Shown in pieces: positions 35,096-48,663 of a stretch of 64,000 nt of DNA (within the stretch, counting starts at the first letter, position 1; every line of letters starts with the position of its first letter). The position numbers and the translations under genes were made by a program. Source of the stretch: Takakia lepidozioides (taxonomy: Eukaryota > Plantae > Bryophyta). The notes beneath the pieces are model-generated. The model was not told the origin of the DNA. It ran no database searches and saw nothing but the letters and a program-made list of their open reading frames with translations. The stretch is taken from positions 29,450,001 through 29,514,000 of the forward strand of contig CM060732.1 in the NCBI GenBank assembly GCA_030704615.1, in the 5' to 3' direction.

Positions 35096-37420
35096 TGGAT
35101 GCGTTCCCATGTCTGAGGCACGCACGCCAGATGCCTCCACAAGATGATAGCCCTTCCATTTTGACGAGATACTACTTACTCCGTTTCTCGTTCTTTGAAC
35201 CTCCTCGACTTAGGTATTGCCCTCCACCTCGTACTCGGGTTCATTTTCATGATCAACAGCATAGGTGGCGGACGCAACACTTGCTGCCGATTCGGACGTT
35301 CTTCATCTTTGAAGTAAGGCTTCAAAAGGGAGACATGGAATACTGGGTGCACCTTGCTGTTTGCTGGCAGCTCCAATTCTACACATCCTCATTCAATAAC
35401 CCTCCGAATGCGAAAGAGACCCGCATACGGAGGTACGAACTTCGGACTCATTTTCCGGAGGTAGTCGAAAATTCTTGATGTTCAACCAGACCTCTGTGCC
35501 TGCCTCAAACTTCACTTCCCTCCGCTTCCGATTCGCCTGCCTTTCATACCGTTTCCCTAGCTTTGGCAATGTTGTACTTTGCGAGCTTCAACAAACGCTC
35601 GCGTTCTTCCAGTACCGCCGCTACTACTCTGCCGGTTCCTCAACGTCCTGGGCGGCCCAACTTGTCGGCACCAGAGGTGCTTTTCCATAGACCAACACAA
35701 AGGGGAAACTCCCGTCGCGGAGTGTTCTGTGTTATTATAACAGAACTCTGCCGCGTCTAAGTGTTCCATCCAGTCTGATTGGTCTGCCGACACGTAATTC
35801 CGCAAGAATTGCTTCACTACGGAATTCACTCTTTCCGTTTGGCCGTCCGTCGTAGGTCGGAAGGCGGTGCTCATCTTCAGCCTCGTCCCCATCTTCTTCC
35901 AAGTGCTCTCCAGAATTTACTACTCGTAAACTTTGGGTCGCGGTCCGAGACAATATCCTTCGGGACTCCATGATGCTTTAAGACGTGGGCGAAGTAAAGT
36001 CGCCCTGTCTCCTGCGCAGTAGCCGTCTCCTTGGTGGGGATGAAATGGGCCATTTAACTGAACCTATCTACCACCACCATGATTGCATCGAATCCTTTTG
36101 ACAGCGGCATAGCAGTCATGAAATCCATCGAGACGCTTTCCCAAGTCCCCTCTGGATCGGCAAGGGTTGTAACAGCCCCGCTTGTTTTTTATACTCGCTC
36201 CGGTTTTGTTGGCATGTGGTGCATGTCTTTACATACTCTGCCTCCTCCCTCAGTTTGGGCCAGAAATACTCTTTCTTCAAGAGTGCCGCAGTGCGCTTGG
36301 CTCCACCGTGGCCCGCAAGCGGGCTATCATGGCATTCTCTCAAGAGACTATCCCTGATCCCTCCCTTTGGCACATAGAGACGTTTTTGCTTATATACCGG
36401 AGCAGTCCGTTTTGCAAGTGGAACTGCGATTTAACCCCCATTCTCAAGTTCTGCATCACGCACTTTGCCAGCTCATCCTTCCGGCAAGCCTTCCGGATCT
36501 TCCTTTGGAGCGCCGTCTCGCCCTTGTACACACCAACAGAGCTGCTGCTTCTTCTACTTAAAGCATCGGCCACCACATTGTCCCGTCCCGGTTTGTACTG
36601 GATATCCACGTCGAACACTGCCAAAGTATCTTGCCACCTAAGTTGTTTTGGGGACAACTTGGGCTGCGTGGCAAAATACTTCACCGTGACATTGTCCGTG
36701 AACACCTTCACTGGGTTGGAACCAACATAGTGGCGCCAGAGTTCAAGGCAATGTACCACCACCGCCTTCATCTCTTTTTCGTGCGTCGGCCACCGTCGCT
36801 CCACTTCATTCAGTTTCTTACTTTCGTAAGCCACTGGACGTCCATCTTGCAAGTACAACCCCCAATTGCGAAGTCTGATGCATCTGTATGAATCTCAAAC
36901 GGACGATCGAACTCCGGGATTTTTAAGACTGGAGCTTCCGTCATCCGCTGCTTCAATTCAGCAAAAGCTTGGCCACAAAATGTGTTCCATACCCAGACTT
37001 TGGATTTACACAGAAGGTCCGACAGCGGCCCCGCGATCTTGGCGAAATTTCTCACATACTTCCGGTAATAGGAGGCGAGTCCTAGGAAGGATCGCACTCC
37101 CGGGACCGAAGTCGGAGGCTCCCAGTCCAAGATCGCCCTCACCTTTCTGTCATCCATTTTGATCCCATCCTGTGTAATCACGTGCCCCAAAACTCCACTT
37201 TTGTGACCCCGAATTCGCACTTTGAAGCTTTGGCATACAGCTTCCCTTCTCGCAATTTTTGGAACACCCTTTTGAGGTGCTCCAGGTGCTCCTCCTTTGT
37301 TTTCGAGTACACCAAGATGTCGTCGATGTACACGATCACAAAGTCATCCAACCACTCTCTGGAAAAGGCTGTTCATCAGCGTGCTAAATGTCGCTGGTGC
37401 ATTGGTGAGCCCAAAAGGCA

Positions 37421-39553
37421 TCACCAAGAACTCATATGAACCATACCTTGTCCTGCACGCGGTCTTCTCCTCATCTCTTCCTCCGCCACCCGAATTTGGT
37501 GATAGCCGGAGCGCAAGTCGATCCGGCTGAAATACTTCGCTCCTGCCAACCGATCGAAGAGGTCGTCGATCCTTGGCAAAGGGTACCGGTTTTTGATAGT
37601 CACCTTATTCAGAGCCCTGTAATCGACACACATCCGCAGCGTCCCATCCTTCTTGTCTGCAAATAGCACCGGGGCTCCGTAAGGTGACTTACTCGGCCGG
37701 ATGTACCCCTTTGACATTAGATCTTTGAGCTGAGTCTTCAGCTCGACCAACTCTTTGTGGCTCAACCGGTAGGGCGCCTTGGCAGGCGGTTCCGATCCCG
37801 GTATCACCTCAATTTTGTGGTCAACTCCTCTTCGCGGTGGCAAGCCGCTTGGTAAATCCTCCGGCATCACATCCTGGTATTTCTCCAAAATCCCCTTGAT
37901 CCAATCTGGGCTCGGCTCCCCATCGCCTTCTCCTTTCACTTCTCTAATGTAAAGCAAAAACTGGGACTCGTGTGTCTCCTCCACGGCCCACTCCTTTGCT
38001 GATAGAAGGTTTATTCGCCCTCCCACGGATTTGGGCGTTTCCGACACTCGTAAAACCTCGCCACCATTCCCACATGGCAGCGTGACTACTCTCTTGCGGC
38101 CATCTATGACCGCTCCGGATTTGCTCAAAAAGGTCATTCCCAAAATGAGATCCACTCCATCGATCTCGCAGATAGTGAAGTTCTCACGTCCCTCCCAACT
38201 CCCCAGTTGAAGAGGAACATCAAACGCCAACCTTGTCGCCAACTGAGGTTCTCCTTTGGCAGAGCGCACCTCAATAGAGGCCCCCACGTCACTTGTCGGG
38301 AGTCCCAACTTTCGCGCCGCCGCCGGCGTCATGAAGGAGTGCGACGCTCCTGTGTCCACCAACAACGACACATTAGTTCCGGATATTATCCCATCCACGA
38401 ACAATAACTGACTCCCTTTTCGTAAGGCGCCAGTTTCCTGATACAACTCACAAGAAAATTTGCCTACCTTGCAAGTCCTGGCGACCACCGCTTCCACCAA
38501 GCGACTGATGGTATCTTCCGACAGCTCCGTGGTCGCCCGAGTCATGTTCAATTGCCGGGGCTTCGTGCACTTCTTGGCCATGTGCCCGGGCTCCCCGCAA
38601 TTGAAACACACTCCATCAAAGGTCGCCTTCTGTCCGCCATAAGTCGCTCCACCCGCTTTTCCTTTCGAAGCACCGGGTGCCGCCTTGACGTGTGAGGGAC
38701 CTCCCTTCGATTTCCACGTGCCATTTTCGCCGCGTGGCCTATCCCACTTCTTTTCCGGTCGGGAGGAGTCACCTTCCCGCCGAGTCTTCTTGTGGTTCAG
38801 CTCCGTACGGCCTTGTCTCTCACCCCTAGGGACATCCGAGAAACATTCAGCTCTCTCAATTGCCTCGTTCAAAGTCTTGGGTGGCTTCTCCTCCAACTTC
38901 CGCCTAGCCCATGGGGCTAGTCCCGCCACAAAGTTGAAGACCATTTCTGGTTCTGCCATGTCCGCGACTTCGAGCAACAGCACATTGAAAGCCTGGACAT
39001 ACCCCCGAATGTCATCTGTTTGCTTCAAATTCCTCATCTTGTCCCGGGCAAGCCAGGATGCGTTGAGGGGCACAAACTGTCTCTTCATCAATTCCTTGAA
39101 CTCACTCCAGTTCAAGGTTTCCGGGCTTGGGCCTCGGTCGTGAAGGCGTTTCTGCCACCATTGTTGAGCATAGCCCCTCAAATAGGTGGGAGCCACTTCC
39201 ACCCGATCCTCGTCACTCAACTTGGCCGCCCGGAAGTACTGCTCTAGCTCCAGGAGCCAGGTGTTGAGTGCCTTCCGGTTTCGAACGCCCTCGAAGGTGC
39301 CGGGTTCCTTAGGCTTCACCTTAAACTTTGCCTTGGTGGAAGTGGCATTAGCCGCCTTCAACACGTCTTTCAACGTCCCGCCAAACTGCGCCAACAACCC
39401 TTCCCAAAAGGCTGCCGGCATGGGAGGCATCTCTTGGTTTGTCGGAGCTCTCAAAGATTCCTCGGGCTCCGACTCCTCGGATTCCTCCCGCTCCTGAGCG
39501 GCCTCGTTTTCGGAAACATTAATCGCTTCCTCAAACGGCCGCCTCGGTGACAC
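37421..39553 (-). CDS. Gag-protease-RT (N-terminal part) polyprotein of the chromovirus
   Basis: 710-aa ORF containing [53 protein letters not shown]. Confidence 0.9.
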   Translation of the reverse strand: MSPRRPFEEAINVSENEAAQEREESEESEPEESLRAPTNQEMPPMPAAFWEGLLAQFGGTLKDVLKAANATSTKAKFKVKPKEPGTFEGVRNRKALNTWLLELEQYFRAAKLSDEDRVEVAPTYLRGYAQQWWQKRLHDRGPSPETLNWSEFKELMKRQFVPLNASWLARDKMRNLKQTDDIRGYVQAFNVLLLEVADMAEPEMVFNFVAGLAPWARRKLEEKPPKTLNEAIERAECFSDVPRGERQGRTELNHKKTRREGDSSRPEKKWDRPRGENGTWKSKGGPSHVKAAPGASKGKAGGATYGGQKATFDGVCFNCGEPGHMAKKCTKPRQLNMTRATTELSEDTISRLVEAVVARTCKVGKFSCELYQETGALRKGSQLLFVDGIISGTNVSLLVDTGASHSFMTPAAARKLGLPTSDVGASIEVRSAKGEPQLATRLAFDVPLQLGSWEGRENFTICEIDGVDLILGMTFLSKSGAVIDGRKRVVTLPCGNGGEVLRVSETPKSVGGRINLLSAKEWAVEETHESQFLLYIREVKGEGDGEPSPDWIKGILEKYQDVMPEDLPSGLPPRRGVDHKIEVIPGSEPPAKAPYRLSHKELVELKTQLKDLMSKGYIRPSKSPYGAPVLFADKKDGTLRMCVDYRALNKVTIKNRYPLPRIDDLFDRLAGAKYFSRIDLRSGYHQIRVAEEEMRRRPRAGQGMVHMSSW

Positions 39554-39681
39554 GTCGCCCCATCGGGCTCACCGGATCATCATCTTTTGGGCCGTTCCGC
39601 TTTCGCTTCGGCTTGCCCGACCCCATGATGAGGCCAATCCCAAGGACGATCGCGTACTGAACTCTAAGCTCTGATACCAAA

Positions 39682-40260
39682 TGTCGCACACCTCAGTTCG
39701 GTAAACTCCCCTTCAAGTCATAGTTACTCGCTTTGATGCGCGCGCCTGACTCCCAACCTGGCCGCCGGGCCAACTTGGAGTTTCGGCTGCTCACCGGGAC
39801 ATAACGGTCCCCTTCCGCTTCCCTCTAAACCCTCCACCTATTTGGGACTAGGAGAATTCCCTTTGGTAGATGGCAGTCCGGAACAGCTCCCCACTCTTTG
39901 GTCGCTTTCCGGCTCGCTCGCTTACTCACTAGTTTTTGGTCACCAACGGGCTTGCACCGTTCTCGGGGTTACTACTCCCTATATATACTTCTGTAGCTGT
40001 CCGCGGGGGTTTCATAACCAGCCATGCCATTTTATGGCGAACCACCACGAAAACCCTCGACTCCCAGTGGTGAGTCGCGGTGAGTCTTGGCCCACTCACC
40101 GCGGCCCCAATGGACCGTGATGAGTCCCAAGACTCCCCACGACTCCCACCTCGAGGTCTCCACCCCATGGTGAGTCCCATGCCACCCCCACTAAGTCCCA
40201 CTAAGCTACCACCACCCCTTGTGGAGCCACCTCCACCGCAACCCGGTGTGCGGGGCTCCA
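39682..40260 (-). repeat. Probable 5' LTR of the chromovirus
   Basis: TG..CA ends, TATA box near 39980, abuts the PBS. The distal boundary is inferred. Confidence 0.6.
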
Positions 40261-43200
40261 CCTAGTGAGCGCCTCCGCCTCCTTGAGTGCCTTGGGCACT
40301 CAAGGGTGCTTCAGCCCCCCCATACCTATCGCTGCCGCTGCCCCCACCACAGGGGCAGCCCCTCATGTGTCCCGACCCCCTGCCCTCAAGGCAAAGGGCC
40401 GCGACAGGAGCTGTGTGTCCGTGAGGGAGGAAGTGCATGAGCACATCATGACAATCACACCTGCTGCTCATTTACTTCTGCCCAACAGTGACCAGGAAAT
40501 GGAGGAAGATCTGCATCCCCACAGTCCCACCGGGAGTGCCTCAACCAGTGATGAGAGTTCCTTGGAGTATAGAGATGAAGGTACAGGTTTAGGCCTGACT
40601 GATATGGAGGCTTGCATTGAAGAAATTGAGGAAGGAGAGGAGATGCTGCATGATCAAGGCCTGGCGGAATTGCTGCAGCAAGAGACGAACAAGAACATGG
40701 CATCTTCTATGATACATGATGCATACAACAAAGCTTGGGAGGGAGAGTTGGGAAACAATGAATCTGAGATAGAGGATGACTTTCATGATTGGAACATGAT
40801 CACTGCTATGGAAGATTGTACTCATAAGACGTTGTTTGCCGTAGCCTTGTGGCCATTGACCCCGTGCCCAGTTTGAGCGGGAACAAAAGGGACAGAACCT
40901 ACCTCTGTCAGGGGCTGACTTTGGTAGTGTGACTTACCATCATATATAGAATTAATCCGGGTTTTCCAGATATCCTCTAGAAATCCCTTCACACAAGCAT
41001 CAATCTGCTGTGTGTGATTTGCCCAAAAACTAGGCCTCAGGAGGGCCTGGGCTTTTGGCTCTGCTATGGAAGAGAAGGAGAACGTGGCTGCGCATGTTCA
41101 CCACATCCTGCAGAGGGACATGATGAGGCCAAGCACGCTGAAGAGGTGCGTTGGGCTAGTCTTAGAGCACGGATAAACATTAATCACAAGCTGCCAAAGG
41201 AACACCAGTGTGCACTTGAACAGGTGTTGAGAAAATATCAGGGCTGTTTTGCTCTCAGTAAGGCAGATCTGGGGTCTTGCTCAATGGTGGAGCATGGTAT
41301 AGATACCCAAGGGTTTCCACCATGCAGGAGTCAGCCCAGCAGATTGTCTGAGTAGGAGGAAGGGGAAGTGCAGCGTCAAATTGAGGCTCTTATCTTACAA
41401 GGCAAGATGCGGGAGAGCAAGTCGGAGTACTCGTGCCCGGTGACTCTACCTCCCAAGAAGGATGGGTCCAAAAGATTCTGTGGGGATTATCGCCCACTGA
41501 ATAATCTGACCAGGAGGGACTCTTATCCCATGCCCTTGATACAAGATTGCTCAATAGCCTTGGTGATGTTGCCTGGTTCTCTGCTTTGGACTTGCAGAGT
41601 GGATTTTGGCAGATCAAAATGAATGAGGATGAGACTGCGGTCATAACCAAGAGGGGTTTGTACGAATGGATGGTCATGCCATTTGGCTTGAAAAATGCCA
41701 CCGCCACGTTCCAACGGGCCATGAATCCCATCCTGGGGCCATGGAAATTGGAGAGTGTGCAAAGGTCTTTGTGGATGATGTTAATGTTCACAGTCTGGAT
41801 TGGGACAGGCACCTGCAACATTTGGCTCGAGTCTTTGAGAGGTTGCAGGCTGCTAACCTGCGTCTGAACCCAGACAAATCTACGTTTGGTAATGAGGAGT
41901 TGGTTTTTTTGGGTCATGTGGTGTCTGCTGAGGGAGTCAGGCCTGATCCAAGTAAGATTGCTGCAATTCAGTCCTTTCCCATCCCGAAGAACCCCACGGG
42001 GGTGAGGGTGTTTGTGGGGATGTCTGGTTATTATCGAATTTATGTGCAAGGATTTGCTATGATATGTGTGCCCTTGTTCAATTTGACCAGGAAGGATGTC
42101 CCCTTTAAATGGTCAGCTGAGGCTCAGAATGCTTTTGAAGCTCTGCGTTTGAAATTAATGACTGCTCCTGTTTTGGCTAGACCCGACTTTTCCAGACCTT
42201 TCATCCTTGATGTGGACTGGTCCAGCAAAGGGGTAGGAGCCATCCTGTCACAGAAATATCAACGGCGGGAGCATGTGATTGCATATGCGAGCAAAGTCTT
42301 TTCAGATGCTCAACAGAAGTACCACCCTATGCAAGGTGAGTGTTACGCCCTTGTGTGGGGAGTTGTTCACTTCCGGCAGTACCTTTATGGCACTCCCTTC
42401 ATAATCAGGACTGATCACAAGCCCCTTGAATGGATGGCTACCGTCAGTGATGCCTATGGTAGGCAAGGGAGATGGATAATGATGCTTCAAGATTTTGATT
42501 TTAAGATTGTTCATAGGACCGGATCCAAACACTCCAATGTTGATGCATTGAGTCAGTACCCTGTGGGACTAGCGGAGGAAACTGAAAAGCTGGAAATTAA
42601 CAGTGCTGATTTGTGCAGGCCAGGAACAAAGGGTGAGGGCTCCAAGGATTTCTTTCTTCTTCAGATAGTGAATTCCATAGGGGATGCCCATGCTAGATTG
42701 TATTGGTGTGGAGAGGAAGGAAATAGGCTAGAGTCTCAAGTTTCCAGAGAGGTGTCATGCGATTTAGATCCAGGCAGTCTTGCTTTCAAGAGGGAAGAGT
42801 ATCACATCTGTGTTTGGGCATTTTGGCATTTTAGGAAGCAGCTGGTGGGGCAGCATTTTTATGTGCGTACTGACTTGGATCCATACTGGTGGCTCTGGTC
42901 AGAGCACCACAAGGTAAGTAACAGTCTGGAGGACTTTTCATTTGAATTTATAGAGGCTGATGTGAGTGAAAGGCACCTCGAGAAAGGCGTCACTGTCAAG
43001 GGAATCTTGAAGAAGCCGGGCACCCTTAAGGGCTATGCCCAAAATGAAGTGAAGAAAGTGAGTTTTGATGACTGTGAAGTATTGCAAAACATATGTGTTG
43101 TGAGTGATTGTGAGGAAACTGTAAGTGAGAGTTATTTGGCAGGAAATCCCAAGCGCAGGAATGTGCAAATGGTACCGCATGCAGGAGAGAGAGTGGAATT

Positions 43201-44638
43201 GATTGGTGGGTTAATGACATCTGTGGAACACGAGCCATACCTCGAGCAGCCAAGGGTGGCTGCAACAGAGAATTGGGCAGGATGTGGCATTGGACTGCCT
43301 TCCGTTAACATGATTGATACATGATGGCATGAACAAAGGGGTTGGACAGATGTTGTGGGGCACGTTTCGGATGGTGCAAGTACACTCAGAGCAGCAGCAA
43401 TCAGCTCTGATGTACGCCCTACACTGGAGGAGCAATCTGTATTACGTGAAGTGCAGTCAGCTGTTTACTTAAGGGCTGCACCAGAGTCACAGGAAGTGAA
43501 GGCATGCGCTGTAAAGGTAATTCACCATCCACAGCACAGTGTTGTCAAACCGGATGCGATGGTGGACAAGGGAAAACATAGGGACAAGGGATGCATAATA
43601 TCTTCCCACAATGGCTTGACACCAGCAATAAGTGATGACCAAGGGCTGGGAAACGTATCAGCCCTATCAGAGGGGCAGCACCAGGCTAGAGTGAATGAGA
43701 GATCAAGCTTAAAAGAAGAATCAGGGATGAGTCGCCGACTCTGCAAACACTGCAATAGTGAAAGAGGGCATCTACGAGGAGCCTGTTCGCTGCCATTATT
43801 GGGCCATGTTGCCAGCTTTGAGTCATGGATGGAGTCTCTGCATCGGGGGCGGCAAGATCTAAGAAAGGGTTCAGTGCATGGAGAAAATCAGTGCCTAGAG
43901 GATGATGGAAACAGGGCAGGAGTACCTCTTTCTGCACATCAGGTGAACCAAACAGGAGCTCATGAAAATACTATGGACAGTCTCTTTCGGCAAATGATGG
44001 TGGACATTGCAGGTCCATTCCCAACAACAAGGCAAGGGAACAGGTTTATGTTTGTGGCTGTTGATCCACATTCAGGCAATGTGGAGACCAGCCCGCTGGC
44101 AAAACGCAGCTCAGCTTGCATCAATCGTTGCCTCAGAGAGGTAATGATCTTGCGTTACGGATGCCCTGAAGCGATTCTCTCCAATGACGATGAAGAGTGG
44201 GATGAGAGTTTTTCCAGGCTTTATGGAATTCAGCACGAGCGCATAACACCCGTGTTCAACTATGAACTGACAAAGATGGCCAAGCAGCTGCAGATGGCAT
44301 TTGAGACTTTGAAAGATTTGGGGAAAAACCTCTCAGTGATCAGATATCACTTGTCCCTGCATTATGAGGGCAAGGGTGTCAGCACCCATAACAGCAATGA
44401 TGAAACAGCTCAGGCAGGGGTGGAGGAACAGATGTCGGAATCAATTCTTAGTCTGGAACTCCTTGAGGGACAAGATACTGTTCTTGGTACATTGGAAACT
44501 GAGAAAAGAGAACTCAGGGTAGTGAATTCAAATTTTGGGGATGAAGAAGGAAAGGCAGAGCAAGGCTGCCTGAAGTCGAATCTTTCTGAGCAGGAAATGA
44601 CCATGGGGGAAAGGGACAACATGGACGCCGTCACATAA
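40261..44638 (+). mobile_element. Degenerate Ty3/gypsy pol region (RT, RNase H, partial second RNase H, integrase remnant)
   Basis: [80 protein letters not shown]. Stops and frameshifts are present. Confidence 0.85.
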
Positions 44639-45904
44639 AAAAAGTGAGCCACACCACATATGTAGTGTGAACATGTGGTTATTTTTATTACAGCTCTTGG
44701 ATGGGCTAAGTACTTTTTACAACATTTAAGTAGTTGAATGAATGGCAGTGATGGATGAATTATGACTCATTGGATGAAGACATCCATCCGCCAAACATCC
44801 ATGTGCCCTAGATCGGCGGGATTTATGAGTGACGGCGTTCTTCATGCAAACGCACAAGCATGGGTATGGCGAGCTGCTGACACTTTGTATTCTGGAGCAG
44901 ACATCAGCCTACATGCCTTAGTTTTTGGTTGTGATTTACTTTCTTGTTCCTTAGTCAGTATATGCTATGGCGGCTGAGTTAGTTTTCCAGACAGAGCTAG
45001 TTGATGTGGTCGACTATAGGAGCTGCAGGTGTAGTAATTGCACAGGCAAGTGGGGCTTGGGTTTTAAGGCAGTTTTTGTGAGAAGGTGCGGCTTCTTGCT
45101 TTGGGGGAGATGGTAGTGAGGTAGTGAAGTAGAGAAGTGGAGGTGGTGATGGTGACGTGAACGAGAGACTTGGGCTTCAAGTTGGGACTCGGAATTTTGT
45201 GTGTGGAAGGATTATACTGATGAAGAAGTAAAAATCGACTGTTTGGGTCACTGTTTGTTTTTGTGTCTAGAATCTCACTTGCATGATGCATTAGTTCCTG
45301 CGTTGTTGCCATTAGGGAATTCTGATTGCAGCTATGGTCAGTTTGAGCATGTAGCGGGTGTGGGTGCAATAGCTGGGAAATCAGGGCATGTATGTAGTGC
45401 ATCACTCAAACCGCCTACTGGGGAAACTTCACATTGCATAGATGGAATATTAGGGTGCATCTGTTAAAGGGCAGCATTGTTGTTTGTTTCCAGAAGATCA
45501 GTCGAACCCGCTGCTCGTGCGTAACGGAAGAGTGTATTTGGATCTGACCCTTGGACTTGAGAGGTAAAAGATGAGAGAGAGTGAGAGAAAATGAGTGGAT
45601 GTCGGGTAGGCTCGGGTAGTTCGATCAGACTGTTTGACGGGCTGCCATGAATACAAGAGGGTGACGGCTGTTCACGGGCAAAGCCCACCTTTCAAGGGGA
45701 AATCTGTGAAGGCTATGCTGGGTGTTTGCAGCACGCGTGATCACATGCAAGGCAGTTGATTATCTGTGACGGATGTGTGTCCTACCTATGTCTTCTCTTC
45801 CGCTGCGGCATGGGTGGGACGGAATGGTACTCTAGTGACTTGAAGTGAATGTCGTGGGGAAACGTTTTGCCCCTTTCTTTCACACCACATCATACAACTA
45901 CCAG

Positions 45905-46042
45905 GGGTTAGCTATCTTTCAAACGAAAACTTTGTAATTGTTTCAGAAGGCATACCGTCGGACAACCTCTGTTGCATGTCTTGGGAAATGGGCTGTAGAG
46001 TTGAGAGCCTATTTTGTCTAAGTCATAAACCAGCGGTTAACA
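45905..46042 (+). repeat. Fragment of the 3' end of the LTR family at 49120-50003
   Basis: Matches 49866-50003 and ends in AAGTCATAAACCAGCGGTTAACA. Confidence 0.75.
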
Positions 46043-46505
46043 AAGCCCTCGTTGAGTAGGGGTGCACCGATTTGGTTTCACAAAATTTGGACCTACGGTT
46101 CGAGAATTATAGAAATATGAACAATTTTGGTCGCTGAAAATTCAACTAAATTACAAAAGTAAGTGTTGGAATGACAATGGAGGTGGCACTTGGGCCTCTA
46201 CATGGGAGAAGCAGAGGAGAAGCACTTGGATACGTAGGAGATTGCACTTGGGCTTAAATGGGCCTTAACATAGGAGACGCACTTGGATTCATAGGAATTG
46301 CACTTGGCCGCCAGTCTGATATGCGCGGCGCCGTTTAATGCTAAATGGGCCAATGGCACAGGCTACCCTAGAAGATCTTACACTTGGGCTTAGATGACAC
46401 TGGACACTTGGGCCCACGACATAGACTACCCTAGTCTTCACTAAATCATCCCTCACTAAATCACAAGCCTTTAATCTGAAATCACTATGACATGATAGAT
46501 CAAAT

Positions 46506-47900
46506 TATATATATATTCTTTTTTGATTAAGGGGGAGTGGTCACCCTTAAACTTTATAGAATGGAGGACAAAACGTCCCAAGAGAACATAGAGGGAAAAA
46601 ATAACCTTTGGTGGGTGCCATAGAGGCTGATCCAGAAAGTCGCTGCTTTGTAATCAAGAGAACAGAGTATGCAAGGAGAGAGATAAAAGTAGAAGCAAAG
46701 CTGGTGCTAGAGAAGATGAGCAACTGCGCTCCGAGAACGAATGTTATTTCTTGCTGATTCAACTATCAAAGGAGAGCTGCACTTTAGACTTTCTTTTCCT
46801 AAAAGATCTACGGCACCTGTCTCCAATTAACCTCGGGCTCCTTGCCCTCAAAAGTGGAGCGTTTAGCACTAAGAGAGCTGTTAGCCTGTTGGGATGTTGT
46901 CGCACCAATAAACCATTGTATCCAATTCTAGAGCAGATTCGAGCTCCCCAGTCCCATGAGTTATCAAATTCAGCGAGAAGCTGAGATCGCCTCCTTTGGC
47001 CACATCTGCGAAGAGCTAGTTATCCCAAAACCTGCCAAGCCTTATAACGAGCCTCAAACATGATGTTTGAGTGAGTCTTAAACAATATAGACCTAACACA
47101 TATCGATTCTCCAACAAAGATTTCTAGATATTCCAAAGAATGTGAGCTCTGAGAGCACCCAGACAGGACGTGAAGACCAGAGAGAACCATTTGCGTAATT
47201 GAGAAGCACAATAGAGTAGAAATCTGCAGGCATGGGCTTCCAGAGGGCATAAAAAAACAGAGCCTTTGTTCCAAGCAAGCCTAGCCATGGGACAATTGAT
47301 TGAGCAGTGGTCCAGGTTGGGAGCATGAAGATTGCAAGAAACCTAGTAGGAGGGAGCTAAACCTGAAAGACAAGCTGCATGCACTGGCAAGACTCGACTA
47401 ACCAACTTCCAAGGAATCCTGAAACTTTAGCTACCCTATCTTTTCTCTAGACATCTCGTTAGATAGCTTTCCACGGAGTAGGGCAGTCAACCAAGTGAAA
47501 CCATCCATTAATTGAGATCCAGGAAAATAGCAAGGTTAAGCATAGAGTAACCCAGTTTGACAGTGTAAGCAAAAAAACGGGAGTGCTTCCTATGTTTCCA
47601 GATCCATTCTCCATGATCGAATTGAAGCAAGACAAGGGGGGCCATGATCAAGATTAAGAGGAAATTGGGGCTGGTATGGCACCCATCGTCCACAGAGGGG
47701 CTAATCAAACCAGTAGCCATGCACAAGACCCGAATGACATAGATGGAGTCCTCCTACAGAGATTCAAGAGTGGGGGAGTGGCGCAACAGGCCAGATTGGA
47801 AGGCTTGGAAATTTCAACCATGAAGCATAGAGCCTGAGCGACTCATAGCAATATAGAAAGCACATATTGAATCGTCTCTGTCAGACCCAAGCCAAACCGG
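46506..47900 (-). mobile_element. Probable 3' fragment of a LINE (ORF2 C-terminus and A/TA-rich tail)
   Basis: Minus-strand NCPMARLAW and LWNI*KS resemble the zf-RVT and LWxIWKxRN C-terminal motifs. T7/(TA)n at 46506-46524. Heavily decayed. Confidence 0.4.
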
Positions 47901-48026
47901 GAGCTGAGATCTCTCCGATTAGTAGGATCCAAGTAGTGGGCAAGTCCTCCGTGATAGTCTCCCATCCAGCTATCGCTTTCCTAGATGATAGAGAAGCTAT
48001 TGCCACAGACTGGGGAAGGAGGGCAC

Positions 48027-48663
48027 TGTCACGGACATAGCCCAGAGGAACTTACCAGGAGTAAATACCAGAAGTTATCAAATTACCATGTTATTGGAAA
48101 TTACCATGACTTACCACGATTACCATGGTCTACCATTATTTACCATTATTTATCAAGTTACCGGGAGTTTACCAAATTACCAAGAGTAACTTGGGAAACT
48201 GCTCAGGAAGCTTCCTTTGGCGGAAACTTCTCCATCAAGATACCTCCTTTGTTTGAGGAAGCTTCTCCATCAAGAAACCTTTGTTTAATCTTGGAAACTT
48301 CTCTAGCAAGAAACCTCCATAGGGGAAGCTTCTTAGTAGCCAGTATATATAGGAGGCGAGACTGGACACTCTTCAGTCTCGCCAACACAAGTTCAAGCTA
48401 CTCTTGTTCCCAGTCCTAGTACTCCAGTCCAGCTTCCAGTACTCTAGTTCAGTTTCCAGTATTTGGTACCCCAGTCCAGTTTCCAGCATTCCAGTATTCG
48501 AGTCGAGTTCCACTATCTTGTACTCTTGACCATTGTTATAAATATCATCTTGATTTATGTTTACCCACCATGCATTCGGCCACGCCGACCTTTACTTCTT
48601 GTCTAGTCTTGTACCTCTAGTCTGATCTCTTGTTTGTGTTCAATCATGTTCTCGTCCTTGACA
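48027..48663 (+). repeat. LTR of a Tcn1-like chromovirus
   Basis: TGTCACGGAC...GTCCTTGACA inverted ends. TATATATA at 48344. Internal TTACCA and CCAGT microrepeats. Confidence 0.85.

Larger units (their letters stand above)
35096..40260 (-). mobile_element. Ty3/gypsy chromovirus LTR retrotransposon (5' LTR, PBS, gag-pol with chromodomain; 3' end in the gap)
   Basis: PBS TGGTATCAGAGC (tRNA-iMet) at 39668-39679 next to the LTR. gag with CX2CX4HX4C, protease LVDTGAS, RT, RNase H (IHTDASDFAIG), integrase (HDSPLAGH..CTTCQ; DGQTERVN), and a YLVKWKGY..EASW-like chromodomain near 35100-35200. Confidence 0.9.

Noticed and set aside
34275-35159. Long ORFs spanning the gap
   Set aside because: They are open only because of N bases.
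46058-46420. TAGGGGTGCAC start and CACTTGG(G) repeats as a MITE
   Set aside because: No matching second TIR or TSD was found.
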